DNA of 64,000 bases from positions 4,850,276-4,914,275 of the forward strand of contig NZ_OZ252257.1 in NCBI RefSeq assembly GCF_965249915.1, given 5' to 3'. Positions 37,845-46,048 of the stretch are shown here, in pieces. Numbering within the stretch: position 1 is the stretch's first letter; the number at the start of each line of letters is the position of its first letter. Both the position numbers and the translations under genes were made by a program. The stretch is from Reyranella sp. (GTDB taxonomy: Bacteria > Pseudomonadota > Alphaproteobacteria > Reyranellales > Reyranellaceae). The notes beneath the pieces were generated by a model, which made no database searches, was not told where the DNA came from, and was given only the letters and a program-made list of their open reading frames with translations.

Positions 37845-39209
37845 ATGAGTCTCCATCGCATGCTTCTGGCGCGCGCCGCCGAAGCCAATCCGTTGCGCAT
37901 CGGCGTCATCGGCGCCGGCAAGTTCGGCTCGATGTACCTGTCGCAGATCCCGACCACGCCGGGCATCCATCTGCTGGGCATCGCCGACCTCTCGCCCGAC
38001 CGCGCGCGCGAGAACCTGGCGCGGCTGGGCTGGAAGCCCGACGTGACCTCGGCAAGCTCGTTCGAGGACGCCCGCAAGCACGGCAGCACCCATCTCACCG
38101 ACGACTGGCGCGCGCTGGTCAGCCATCCCGAGATCGACATCATCGTCGAATCGACCGGCGACCCGATCGCCGCCGTCGAACATGCGCTCGAAGCCTTCAG
38201 GCATGGCAAGAGCGTCGTGATGGTGACGGTCGAGGCCGACGCCTTCTGCGGCCCGTTGCTGGCCAAGCGCGCCGCCGCCGCCGGCGTGATCTACAGCCTG
38301 GCCTATGGCGACCAGCCGGCGCTGATCTGCGAGCTGGTCGACTGGGCGCGCACCTCGGGCTTCGAGGTGACCGCCGCCGGCCGCGGTCACAAGTGGCTGC
38401 CGCACTTCGCGCAGTCGACGCCCGAGACGGTGTGGAAGTACTGGGGCCTCAACGAGGAACAGGCCAAGCGCGGCGGCCTGAACCCCAAGATGTTCAACTC
38501 CTTCCTCGACGGCTCCAAGCCCGCCATCGAGAGCACCGCCGTGGCCAACGCCACCGGCCTCACGCCGGCGCCGGACGGGCTGGCCTTCCCGCCGTGCTCG
38601 GTGGAGGACCTGCCCTTCGTGATGCGGCCGATCTCCGAGGGCGGCCAGCTCCATCACAAGGGCCAGGTCGAAGTCGCCTCCTCGCTGGAGAAGGACGGGC
38701 GCGCCATCCCCTACGAGATCCGCAAGGGCGTGTGGGTCGTGTTCGAGGCGGCCACCGAGTACCAGAAGAACTGCTTCGAGGAGTACATGCTGCAGACCGA
38801 CCCGAGCGGCCGGTACTCCGTCATGTACAAGCGCTGGCACCTGATCGGCCTCGAGGTCGGCATGTCGGTCGCCTCGATCGGCCTGCGCAAGGAGCCGACC
38901 GGCACGCCGATCGGCTTCCACGCCGACGTCATCGCCACCGCCAAGCGCGACCTCAAGCCCGGCGAGATGCTGGACGGCGAGGGCGGCTACACGGTCTACG
39001 GCAAGCTGTTCCCGTCGGAGAAGTCGACCGGCCTCGGCAGCCTGCCGCTCGGCCTCGCCCACAACGTCAAGCTGCTCAAGCCGATCAAGGCCGGCCAGTC
39101 GCTGACCTACGCCGACGTGGTGATGGACGAGTCTCTGACCGCCGTGAAGCTCCGCCGCGAAATGGAACGCGACTTCGCCCCGGCGGCGACCAAGATCGCG
39201 GCTCAGTAA
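37845..39209 (+). CDS. NAD(P)-binding oxidoreductase with C-terminal SAF domain (homoserine-dehydrogenase-like, COG4091 type)
   Basis: 454-aa ORF with Rossmann start RIGVIGAGKFGSMY. The overall sequence is typical of the SAF-domain dehydrogenase family. Confidence 0.75.
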   Translation: MSLHRMLLARAAEANPLRIGVIGAGKFGSMYLSQIPTTPGIHLLGIADLSPDRARENLARLGWKPDVTSASSFEDARKHGSTHLTDDWRALVSHPEIDIIVESTGDPIAAVEHALEAFRHGKSVVMVTVEADAFCGPLLAKRAAAAGVIYSLAYGDQPALICELVDWARTSGFEVTAAGRGHKWLPHFAQSTPETVWKYWGLNEEQAKRGGLNPKMFNSFLDGSKPAIESTAVANATGLTPAPDGLAFPPCSVEDLPFVMRPISEGGQLHHKGQVEVASSLEKDGRAIPYEIRKGVWVVFEAATEYQKNCFEEYMLQTDPSGRYSVMYKRWHLIGLEVGMSVASIGLRKEPTGTPIGFHADVIATAKRDLKPGEMLDGEGGYTVYGKLFPSEKSTGLGSLPLGLAHNVKLLKPIKAGQSLTYADVVMDESLTAVKLRREMERDFAPAATKIAAQ

Positions 39210-39334
39210 GGCTTCGTCCCTGGCGGCGTGGGGCAATCGTCGCTACGCCCGGAGGGCAGTGGAATGGAGGGACCCGTTTTCCTCCATTTGACGGCTTTGG
39301 AGTCTTTCCGAGTCCGATGGAATCACCACACCGC

Positions 39335-39437
39335 CCTCATACTGAGGAGCGCGCCGCAGGCGCGCGTCTCGAAGCATGGGACGAGCACCGCGCGTGTTGC
39401 CGATCCTTCGAGACGCGGCCTGCGGCCGCTCCTCAGA
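39335..39437. repeat. REP1 copy (left arm plus most of the right arm), truncated by IS insertion
   Basis: cctcatactgaggagcgcgccgcaggcgcgcgtctcgaagcatggg...ccgatccttcgagacgcgg...gctcctcag. The remainder resumes at 41039. Confidence 0.75.
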
Positions 39438-39504
39438 TTCTATGTGGCGACGAGAGGTCGAGAGGTAGGTTTGGAGTTGCGAGAACCGAACCTACGGAGA
39501 AGTT

Positions 39505-40677
39505 ATGACGTCTTCACATCCCATAGACACCCCCGCCGCCGGCGAGAAGGATGCCACGTTGTACGTGGCGTTTGAACTGAGCAAGTCGAAGTGGCTGATC
39601 GGTATGGTGATGTCCGGCGAGAGCAAGATGAGCCGCCACCAAGTGGCTGGCGGCGATACGGCGGCGGTGTGGCAGCTGATCTCGAAGAAGCGCGCCCATG
39701 CGGAGAAGCATGGCCGGCCGGTGCGTGTGGTGAGCTGCTACGAGGCCGGCTATGACGGCTTCTGGTTCGATCGTTGGCTGGCCGGGCAGGGCGTCGCCAA
39801 TCGGGTGCTCGATCCGTCGAGCATCGAGATGCCGCGGCGCGCGCGGCAGGCCAAGACGGACCGTCTGGACCTCGAGCGTCTGATGCGGGTGCTGATCCGC
39901 CACGAGGGTGGCGAGCCGAAGGTCTGCAGCGTGGTTCATCCGCCGACCCCCGAGCAGGAAGACGCCCGTCGGGTGTCGCGCGAGCGGGACCGGCTGATCG
40001 GCGAGCGCACCGCCCATGTCAACCGCATCAAGGGTCTGTTGCATGGCCAGGGGATCCGCGACGTGCATCCGCGCCGCAAAGGCTTCCTCGAGCAGCTTGC
40101 CCAGCTTCGGACCGGCGACGGCCGCGCCGTGCCGGCCAACCTGGCGGCCGAGATCCAGCGCGAGCACGCCCGTCTGGTGCAGGTCGGCGAGCAGATTGCC
40201 GAAGTCGAGAGCCAGATGACGGCGGAGCGTGCCGCCGCGGCGCCGGACAGTCGGGCCAGCCAGGTCAACCAGCTGATCAGCCTGAAGAGCGTCGGGCCGG
40301 TCGGCGGCGAGACGCTGGTCAACGAGGTATTCTGGCGCGACTTCCAGAACCGGCGCCAGGTCGGAGGCTATTTTGGCCTGGCCGGGACGCCGTTCGACAG
40401 CGGCCAGAGCTCGCGCGAGCAGGGCATCAGCAAGGCCGGCAACGCCCGCGCCCGGACCTTGGCCATCGAGCTTTCATGGCTATGGCTGCGCTACCAGCCC
40501 GCCAGCACCTTGAGCCTGTGGTTCACGAGCCGCGTCGGCGATCAAAAAGGCCGTGTCAGACGCATCGCCATTGTGGCCCTGGCGCGCAAGCTGATGGTGG
40601 CGCTGTGGCGCTTCCTCACCCAGGGCCTGGTGCCCGAGGGCGCCAGGCTGCGAGCTGCCGCACCGGCCGGCCGCTGA
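39505..40677 (+). CDS. IS110 family transposase (IS1111-like)
   Basis: 390-aa ORF with N-terminal acidic motifs (VAFELSK, CYEAGYDGF, AKTDRLDLERL) and a C-terminal Tnp domain (LKSVGPVGG, PFDSGQSSREQGISKAGN). Confidence 0.9.
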   Translation: MTSSHPIDTPAAGEKDATLYVAFELSKSKWLIGMVMSGESKMSRHQVAGGDTAAVWQLISKKRAHAEKHGRPVRVVSCYEAGYDGFWFDRWLAGQGVANRVLDPSSIEMPRRARQAKTDRLDLERLMRVLIRHEGGEPKVCSVVHPPTPEQEDARRVSRERDRLIGERTAHVNRIKGLLHGQGIRDVHPRRKGFLEQLAQLRTGDGRAVPANLAAEIQREHARLVQVGEQIAEVESQMTAERAAAAPDSRASQVNQLISLKSVGPVGGETLVNEVFWRDFQNRRQVGGYFGLAGTPFDSGQSSREQGISKAGNARARTLAIELSWLWLRYQPASTLSLWFTSRVGDQKGRVRRIAIVALARKLMVALWRFLTQGLVPEGARLRAAAPAGR

Positions 40678-41038
40678 ACGGCGGCGGCCCGGTGTGTTGC
40701 GCAGGAAGCTGATGATGACCGTCCTCATCCATGGACCATGCGGTACCGCTGTCTCAGAAGGGTCTCATCGTTTCCTGGGCAAGACCTCGACCGTGCATGA
40801 GGGATTTGGGTGCGGGGCGCAGCGACGCCCGACCGGATATAAGGTGATGCCGTCGACACAACGTGCATTGGCCAGACGCCCAGACTTCCAACGCAACGCG
40901 CCGAAGGCCGCCCCTCCACGCACCCCTTCCAGCGCCGCGCTCGCGCGCGGCACTCTCAAGCTTCCATCCCCGAGACGGTCCGATGATTGAGGGACAAAAA
41001 ATCCAACCCGCCCCTTGACCGTTCAGCGCTCATATAAG
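40678..41038 (+). ncRNA. candidate bridge/seek RNA locus (3' non-coding end of the element)
   Basis: 361 nt of non-coding DNA downstream of the recombinase, as in IS1111-group elements. It contains cctcatcc (antisense of the target flank) and atataaggtgatg (a mimic of the right-end junction). Structure not verified. Confidence 0.35.
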
Positions 41039-41072
41039 GATGAGGTGGTGCGTGTCGACCTGAAGCGGAAAG
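41039..41072. repeat. REP1 copy, terminal fragment after the IS
   Basis: gatgaggtggtgcgtgtcgacctgaagcggaaag parallels gatgaggtggtgtgggtgaacctgaagcgaaaag at 47035-47068. Confidence 0.7.
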
Positions 41073-41236
41073 CTCTGGCAGCCTGTCCCAAATGGGTTTT
41101 TCAGAAGGACCGACGAGCAACACCGCTCCGTCGAGGTCGACCCTGACAAGACTCGGGGGGTGCGACATCCGTTTCGATTGTTTCGTTTATTAGGCCGGGC
41201 TGCGCTCGCCCACTCGCTCACTTGACGTCTCCGAAT

Positions 41237-41259
41237 GTTCATATGAAAGTCATATGAAC
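41237..41259. promoter_or_regulatory. DeoR-type operator candidate
   Basis: Perfect 10-bp inverted repeat gttcatatga-aag-tcatatgaac upstream of the DeoR gene, with a related gttcattcgaac at 41279-41290. Confidence 0.5.
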
Positions 41260-41333
41260 GAAAACAACGATCTGCAGAGTTCATTCGAACCATGCAGATC
41301 GAACGGGACAGGAAGCGGGCTCAGGAACCGGGA

Positions 41334-42140
41334 ATGCAGGCGGAAGAACGCGCCCGCGCCATTGTCGAACGCGTCCGGGGGGACGGGTTCCAGGCGATCG
41401 AGGCGCTTGCCCTTCAGTTCGGCGTCACGCCGCAGACGATCCGCCGCGACGTGAACCTGCTCTGCGACCGCGGCCTGCTGCGCCGGCGCCATGGCGGCGT
41501 CGAGCTGCCGCCCGAGGGCGAGAACCTCGCCTATCCCGCCCGCCAGGTCCTGAACATCGACGCCAAGCGGCGCATCGCCCAGCTCGTGGCGCGCGAGGTG
41601 CCGGACGGCGCCTCGCTGTTCTTCGGCATCGGCACCACGCCCGAACAGTGCGCGCTGGCGCTGCTCGACCATGCCGGCCTGCGGGTCATGACCAACAATC
41701 TCAACGTCGCGATGGCGCTCTGCCGCAGCGCCTCCTGCGAGATCACCGTCGCCGGCGGCCGACTGCGCAGCCTCGACCGCGACGTGGTGGCGGGCGAGGC
41801 GCACGGCTTCTTCGGCCGCTTCGCAGCCGACATCGGCATCTACGGCGTCGGCGGCGTCGCCGAGGACGGCACGCTGCTCGACTTCAGCACCGACGAGGTG
41901 ACGATGCGCAGCGCGCTCGCCGCCCATTGCCGCCAGCGCTTCCTGGTCCTCGACCATTCCAAGTTCGGCCGCGGCGGCACGGTGCGCGGCGGCCATATCA
42001 CCGAAGCAAGCGCCGTGTTCACCGATCGTCCGGTGCCGGCGCCCATCGCGCGTCAATTGAGCGAGGCCGGCGTCCGGCTGGTGTCCTGGCCGGACGAGAG
42101 CGCGACCGTCGATACGACACGTCAAACGAGGAGGGGTTGA
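41334..42140 (+). CDS. DeoR/GlpR family transcriptional regulator
   Basis: HTH ...IEALALQFGVTPQTIRRDVNLL plus a DeoR C-terminal sensor domain. ATG 41334 is preferred; ATG 41292 is possible. Confidence 0.88.
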   Translation: MQAEERARAIVERVRGDGFQAIEALALQFGVTPQTIRRDVNLLCDRGLLRRRHGGVELPPEGENLAYPARQVLNIDAKRRIAQLVAREVPDGASLFFGIGTTPEQCALALLDHAGLRVMTNNLNVAMALCRSASCEITVAGGRLRSLDRDVVAGEAHGFFGRFAADIGIYGVGGVAEDGTLLDFSTDEVTMRSALAAHCRQRFLVLDHSKFGRGGTVRGGHITEASAVFTDRPVPAPIARQLSEAGVRLVSWPDESATVDTTRQTRRG

Positions 42141-42144
42141 TCTC

Positions 42145-43155
42145 ATGCTGAAACATCTCGCGGTCGCGGCCGCGCTCGGCATCGCTGCCGTGGCAAACAT
42201 CTCCGGCGCCGCCGCCCAGCAGCGGGCCGTCTGCTACAACTGCCCGCCGGAATGGGCCGACTGGGGCTCGCAGCTCAAGGCCATCCAGGCCAAGCTCGGC
42301 ATTACCGTGCCGCCGGACAACAAGAACTCCGGCCAGGCCATTGCCGCGCTGATCGCGGAGAAGGGCAATCCGGTGGCCGACGTCACCTATCTCGGCGGCA
42401 TCGCCGCCGACCCGGCCAGGGATGCCGGCGTACTGACGCCCTACAAGCCCGCGAACTGGGAGAAGATCCCGGCCGACCTCAAGGATCCCGACGGTAACTG
42501 GTTCACGATCCACTCCGGCACGCTCGGCCTGTTCGTCAACAAGGCGGCGCTGGGCAACAAGCCGGTGCCGCAGAGCTGGGCCGACCTGCTGAAGCCCGAA
42601 TACAAGGGCATGGTCGGCTATCTCGACCCGACCTCGGCCGCCGTCGGCCAGCTCGGCGTCATGGCGATCAACCTGGCGCTGGGCGGCAGCTACGACAATC
42701 TCGATCCGGCCATCAAGTTCTTCAAGGAACTGGCCAAGAACCAGCCGATCGTGCCGAAGCAGACGTCGTACGCGCGCGTGATCTCCGGCGAGATTCCGAT
42801 CCTGATCGACTACGACTTCAACGCCTATCGCGGCCAGTACACCGACAAGGCGCCGGTGCAGTTCGTGATCCCGAAGGAGGGCACGCTGGTGTTCCCCTAC
42901 GTGATGGCGCTGGTGAACAAGGGCCCGAACGCCGAGAACGGCAAGAAGGTGCTCGACTTCGTCCTCTCCGACGAGAGCCAGGCGATGTGGGGCAATGCCT
43001 ATCTGCGCCCGGTCTTCGCCGACCGGCTGTCGGCCGAGGCCAAGGCGAAGTTCCTGCCCGACGCGGACTATGCCCGCGCCAAGGCGGTCGACCTCAAGAA
43101 CCTCGCCAAGGCGCAGCCGCAGATCGTCGAGCGCTACCGCAAGGAAGTGAACTGA
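42145..43155 (+). CDS. ABC transporter substrate-binding protein (family 1, iron(III)/polyamine/phosphonate-like)
   Basis: 336-aa ORF with a signal peptide (MLKHLAVAAALGIAAVANISGAAA) and a typical PotD/AfuA-like fold sequence. Confidence 0.85.
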   Translation: MLKHLAVAAALGIAAVANISGAAAQQRAVCYNCPPEWADWGSQLKAIQAKLGITVPPDNKNSGQAIAALIAEKGNPVADVTYLGGIAADPARDAGVLTPYKPANWEKIPADLKDPDGNWFTIHSGTLGLFVNKAALGNKPVPQSWADLLKPEYKGMVGYLDPTSAAVGQLGVMAINLALGGSYDNLDPAIKFFKELAKNQPIVPKQTSYARVISGEIPILIDYDFNAYRGQYTDKAPVQFVIPKEGTLVFPYVMALVNKGPNAENGKKVLDFVLSDESQAMWGNAYLRPVFADRLSAEAKAKFLPDADYARAKAVDLKNLAKAQPQIVERYRKEVN

Positions 43156-43210
43156 TCAGACGAGCATAGCGGCGGCGACAAGATCATCGCCCCGCTGCAC
43201 TCGATTACGA

Positions 43211-43346
43211 CCTCACCCTGAGGAGCGCTCCAGAGGAGCGCGTCTCGAAGGGTGGGCACGAGCACCTCGCCTGTTGCCCATCCTTCGAGACGGCGCGGAG
43301 TTTACCCCGAGGTATTCGAGGGGCGCCTTCTCAGGATGAGGGTGAG
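43211..43346. repeat. REP1 family element, complete copy, intercistronic
   Basis: cctcaccctgaggagcgc...gcgtctcgaagggtgggcacgagcacc...gcccatccttcgagacgg...ttctcaggatgagggtgag. It lies between the SBP and permease genes of one operon. Confidence 0.8.
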
Positions 43347-43365
43347 CCAAGAGGAACCACAAAGA

Positions 43366-44184
43366 ATGCGGCACGAAACCCGCCGACTGATCCTTCTGCT
43401 GCTGCCGGCCGGCATCGTCTTCGCGGCCTTCTTCCTGCTGCCGATGGCGCGGCTGTTCTTCATCGGCGGCAGCGGCAAGACCGGCTGGGCGGCCTATGCC
43501 GCCATCCTCACCGACCAGCTCTATCTCGACAGCCTGCTCTCGACCCTGGCCGTGGCGGCCGCGACGACGGCGGCGACGCTGGTGATCAGCGGCATCTCGG
43601 GCGTGTTCCTGCAGCGCCACAAGTTTCCCGGCAACGCGCTGCTCGTGGCGATGCTGACCTTTCCGCTCGCCTTCCCCGGCGTCGTCATCGGCTTCATGGT
43701 GATCATGCTGGCCGGCCGCCAGGGGCTGATCGGACAGGTCACGCAGGCGCTGACCGGCGAGAAGCTGGTCTTCGCCTATACGATCGCCGGCCTGTTCATG
43801 GGCTACGTCTACTTCTCCATCCCGCGCACCATCCTCACCGTGATGGCCGCGGCCGAGAAGCTCGACCCGAAGCTCGAGGAGGCGGCGCGGTCGCTGGGCG
43901 CCTCGCCGTGGCGCGTGCTGCTGGACGTCATCATTCCCGGCCTGAAGCCCGCCTTCATCTCGGCCGGCGCGATCTGCTTCGCGACCGCGGTCGGCGCGTT
44001 CGGCACCGCCTTCACCCTGGCCGCCAAGATCAACGTACTGCCGATGGTGATCTACACCGAGTTCACATTGTCGGCGAACATCGCCATGGCGGCGGCACTG
44101 AGCTTCGTGCTGGGCATCGTCACCTGGCTGGTGCTCGCTCTGGCGCGCACGGCCGCCGGCTCCAGCGTCGCGGCGGCGGGCTGA
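43366..44184 (+). CDS. ABC transporter permease
   Basis: ATG 43366. The upstream part of the ORF is REP1-derived and was rejected. About 6 TM helices of the BPD-type family. Confidence 0.85.
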   Translation: MRHETRRLILLLLPAGIVFAAFFLLPMARLFFIGGSGKTGWAAYAAILTDQLYLDSLLSTLAVAAATTAATLVISGISGVFLQRHKFPGNALLVAMLTFPLAFPGVVIGFMVIMLAGRQGLIGQVTQALTGEKLVFAYTIAGLFMGYVYFSIPRTILTVMAAAEKLDPKLEEAARSLGASPWRVLLDVIIPGLKPAFISAGAICFATAVGAFGTAFTLAAKINVLPMVIYTEFTLSANIAMAAALSFVLGIVTWLVLALARTAAGSSVAAAG

Positions 44185-44185
44185 C

Positions 44186-44992
44186 ATGAAGCGCCGCGGC
44201 CTGTTCTATCTCCAGCTCGGCTTCACCCTGCTGGTCTGCGCCTTCCTGGTCGTGCCGGTGATCCTCTCGATCATGGCCGGTCTCACGGTCAATTACTTCG
44301 TGGGCCTCGAAAGCGGCCTCACCCTGCGCTGGGTCTTCGAAGTCTGGAACGGCTATCGCGACACGATCTTCCTCTCGATCGGCCTGGCTCTCGCCTGTCT
44401 CGCCGTCACCCTGGTGATCGGCGTGCCGGCGGCCTACGTGCTGGCCAAGCGGCAGACGTCGCTGACGCGGGCGCTGGAGGAGATGCTGGTGCTGCCGGTG
44501 GCGGTGCCGGGGCTCGCGACGGCGCTGGCGCTGATCGTCACCTATGGCAGCCTGTCGGGCTTCCGCACCTCGTGGGCCTTCATCCTGGTGGGCCACGTGC
44601 TGTTCACCCTGCCCTTCATGGTGCGCAGCGTGCTCGCGGTGCTGAGCGCCATCGACCTCAAGACGCTGGAAGAGGGCGCAGCCTCGCTCGGCGCCGGCTT
44701 CTGGCCGCGCTTCCGCGACATCGTGCTGCCCAACTGCCGGCAGGGCATCCTCGCCGGCTCGCTGATGGTCGTGACGCTCTCCATGGGCGAGTTCAACATG
44801 ACCTGGCTGCTGCACACGCCCTTCACCAAGACGCTGCCCGTGGGCCTCGCCGATGCCTATGCCTCGCTGCGGCTGGAAGTCGGCAGCGCCTACACCCTCG
44901 TGTTCTTCCTGATGATCATGCCGCTCTTGCTGGCGCTGCAGGCCTTCGCCAAGCCGCGCCCCGCGAAGTTCGTGGCAGAGGACGCCGAATGA
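44186..44992 (+). CDS. ABC transporter permease
   Basis: 268-aa hydrophobic ORF that starts 2 nt after the preceding permease gene. Confidence 0.85.
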   Translation: MKRRGLFYLQLGFTLLVCAFLVVPVILSIMAGLTVNYFVGLESGLTLRWVFEVWNGYRDTIFLSIGLALACLAVTLVIGVPAAYVLAKRQTSLTRALEEMLVLPVAVPGLATALALIVTYGSLSGFRTSWAFILVGHVLFTLPFMVRSVLAVLSAIDLKTLEEGAASLGAGFWPRFRDIVLPNCRQGILAGSLMVVTLSMGEFNMTWLLHTPFTKTLPVGLADAYASLRLEVGSAYTLVFFLMIMPLLLALQAFAKPRPAKFVAEDAE

Positions 44993-46038
44993 CCGATACC
45001 GACAACAAACCCGTCTCCATTGCCCTGACCAACTGCGCGAAGACCTTCACCGACGGCACCCGCGCGCTCGAGCCGCTCGACCTCGCCATCCATGCCGGCG
45101 AGACCGTCGTGTTCCTCGGCCCCTCGGGCTGCGGCAAGACCACGACCTTGCGCATCATCGCCGGCCTCGAAGAGCCCGATGCCGGCGGCAAAGTGCTGTT
45201 CGACGGAACGGACGTCACGCATCTGCCGATCGAGCAGCGCAATGTGGGCATGGTGTTCCAGTCCTATGCGCTGTTTCCCAACATGACCGTGGCCGGCAAC
45301 GTGGGCTATGGCCTGAAGATCCGGAAGGTGCCCGACGCCCAGATCAAGGCGCGCGTCTCGGAGATGCTGGCGATGATGCAGATCACGCGCCTCGCCGACC
45401 GCCGCATCGACCAGCTCTCGGGCGGTCAACGCCAGCGCGTGGCGCTCGCGCGCGCCATTGCCGTGCGGCCGCGCGCCCTGCTGCTCGACGAGCCGCTGAC
45501 GGCGCTGGATGCCAAGCTGCGCGATACGCTGCGCCTGGAGATCGATTCGCTGCTGCGCTCGCTCGGCATCACCGCGATCTACGTCACCCACGACCAGGCC
45601 GAGGCGATGGCCTTGGGCGACCGCATCGTCGTCATGGAGCATGGCCGGGTCGCCCAGATCGGCAAGCCACGCGACATCTACCAGCGCCCCGCGACGCGCT
45701 TCGTCGCCGAATTCATCGGCACGATGAATCGCCTGACCGGCAGCGTCAGCAACGGTACGTTCACCTGCAAGGCCGGTGGCCTCGCCTGGGCGCAAGCGCC
45801 GGCCACGGCCACCGAGATCCTGTTCCGGCCCGAGGATATCCGCGTGGTCGAGGGCGGCGAGGCCACCGGGCTCAAGGGGACGGTCGCGGCCGCCTTCTTC
45901 CTGGGCGATCGCACGCGCCTGTTCGTGGATGTGGGCGAGGCGCAGCCGCTGGTGATCGAGAGCACCGCGCGGCGCGACTTCAGCCATGGCGACGCCGTCG
46001 GGCTCGCCATCGACCCCCGTGGCCTATTGGTGTTGTGA
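44989..46038 (+). CDS. ABC transporter ATP-binding protein (PotA/FbpC-like)
   Basis: ATG 44989 overlaps the upstream stop (ATGA). GPSGCGKTT, LSGGQRQR and LLLDEPLTALD motifs with a C-terminal TOBE-like domain. Confidence 0.9.
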   Translation: MTDTDNKPVSIALTNCAKTFTDGTRALEPLDLAIHAGETVVFLGPSGCGKTTTLRIIAGLEEPDAGGKVLFDGTDVTHLPIEQRNVGMVFQSYALFPNMTVAGNVGYGLKIRKVPDAQIKARVSEMLAMMQITRLADRRIDQLSGGQRQRVALARAIAVRPRALLLDEPLTALDAKLRDTLRLEIDSLLRSLGITAIYVTHDQAEAMALGDRIVVMEHGRVAQIGKPRDIYQRPATRFVAEFIGTMNRLTGSVSNGTFTCKAGGLAWAQAPATATEILFRPEDIRVVEGGEATGLKGTVAAAFFLGDRTRLFVDVGEAQPLVIESTARRDFSHGDAVGLAIDPRGLLVL

Positions 46039-46048
46039 GGAGCCTGCC

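Larger units (their letters stand above)
39438..41038 (+). mobile_element. IS110-family insertion sequence (IS1111-like organisation), about 1.6 kb, inserted in a REP1 element
   Basis: The flanks rejoin to form the REP1 right arm (ctcctcag|gatgaggtgg). AG is present at both junctions. Imperfect terminal IRs (attctatgtggcg / cgctcatataag). Short 5' (67 nt) and long 3' (361 nt) non-coding parts. Confidence 0.85.

Noticed and set aside
40694-40990. 98-aa ORF downstream of the IS1111-like transposase
   Set aside because: It has no RBS, a poor composition and lies in the 3' non-coding end of the IS. That region is more plausibly an RNA-coding (guide RNA) region.
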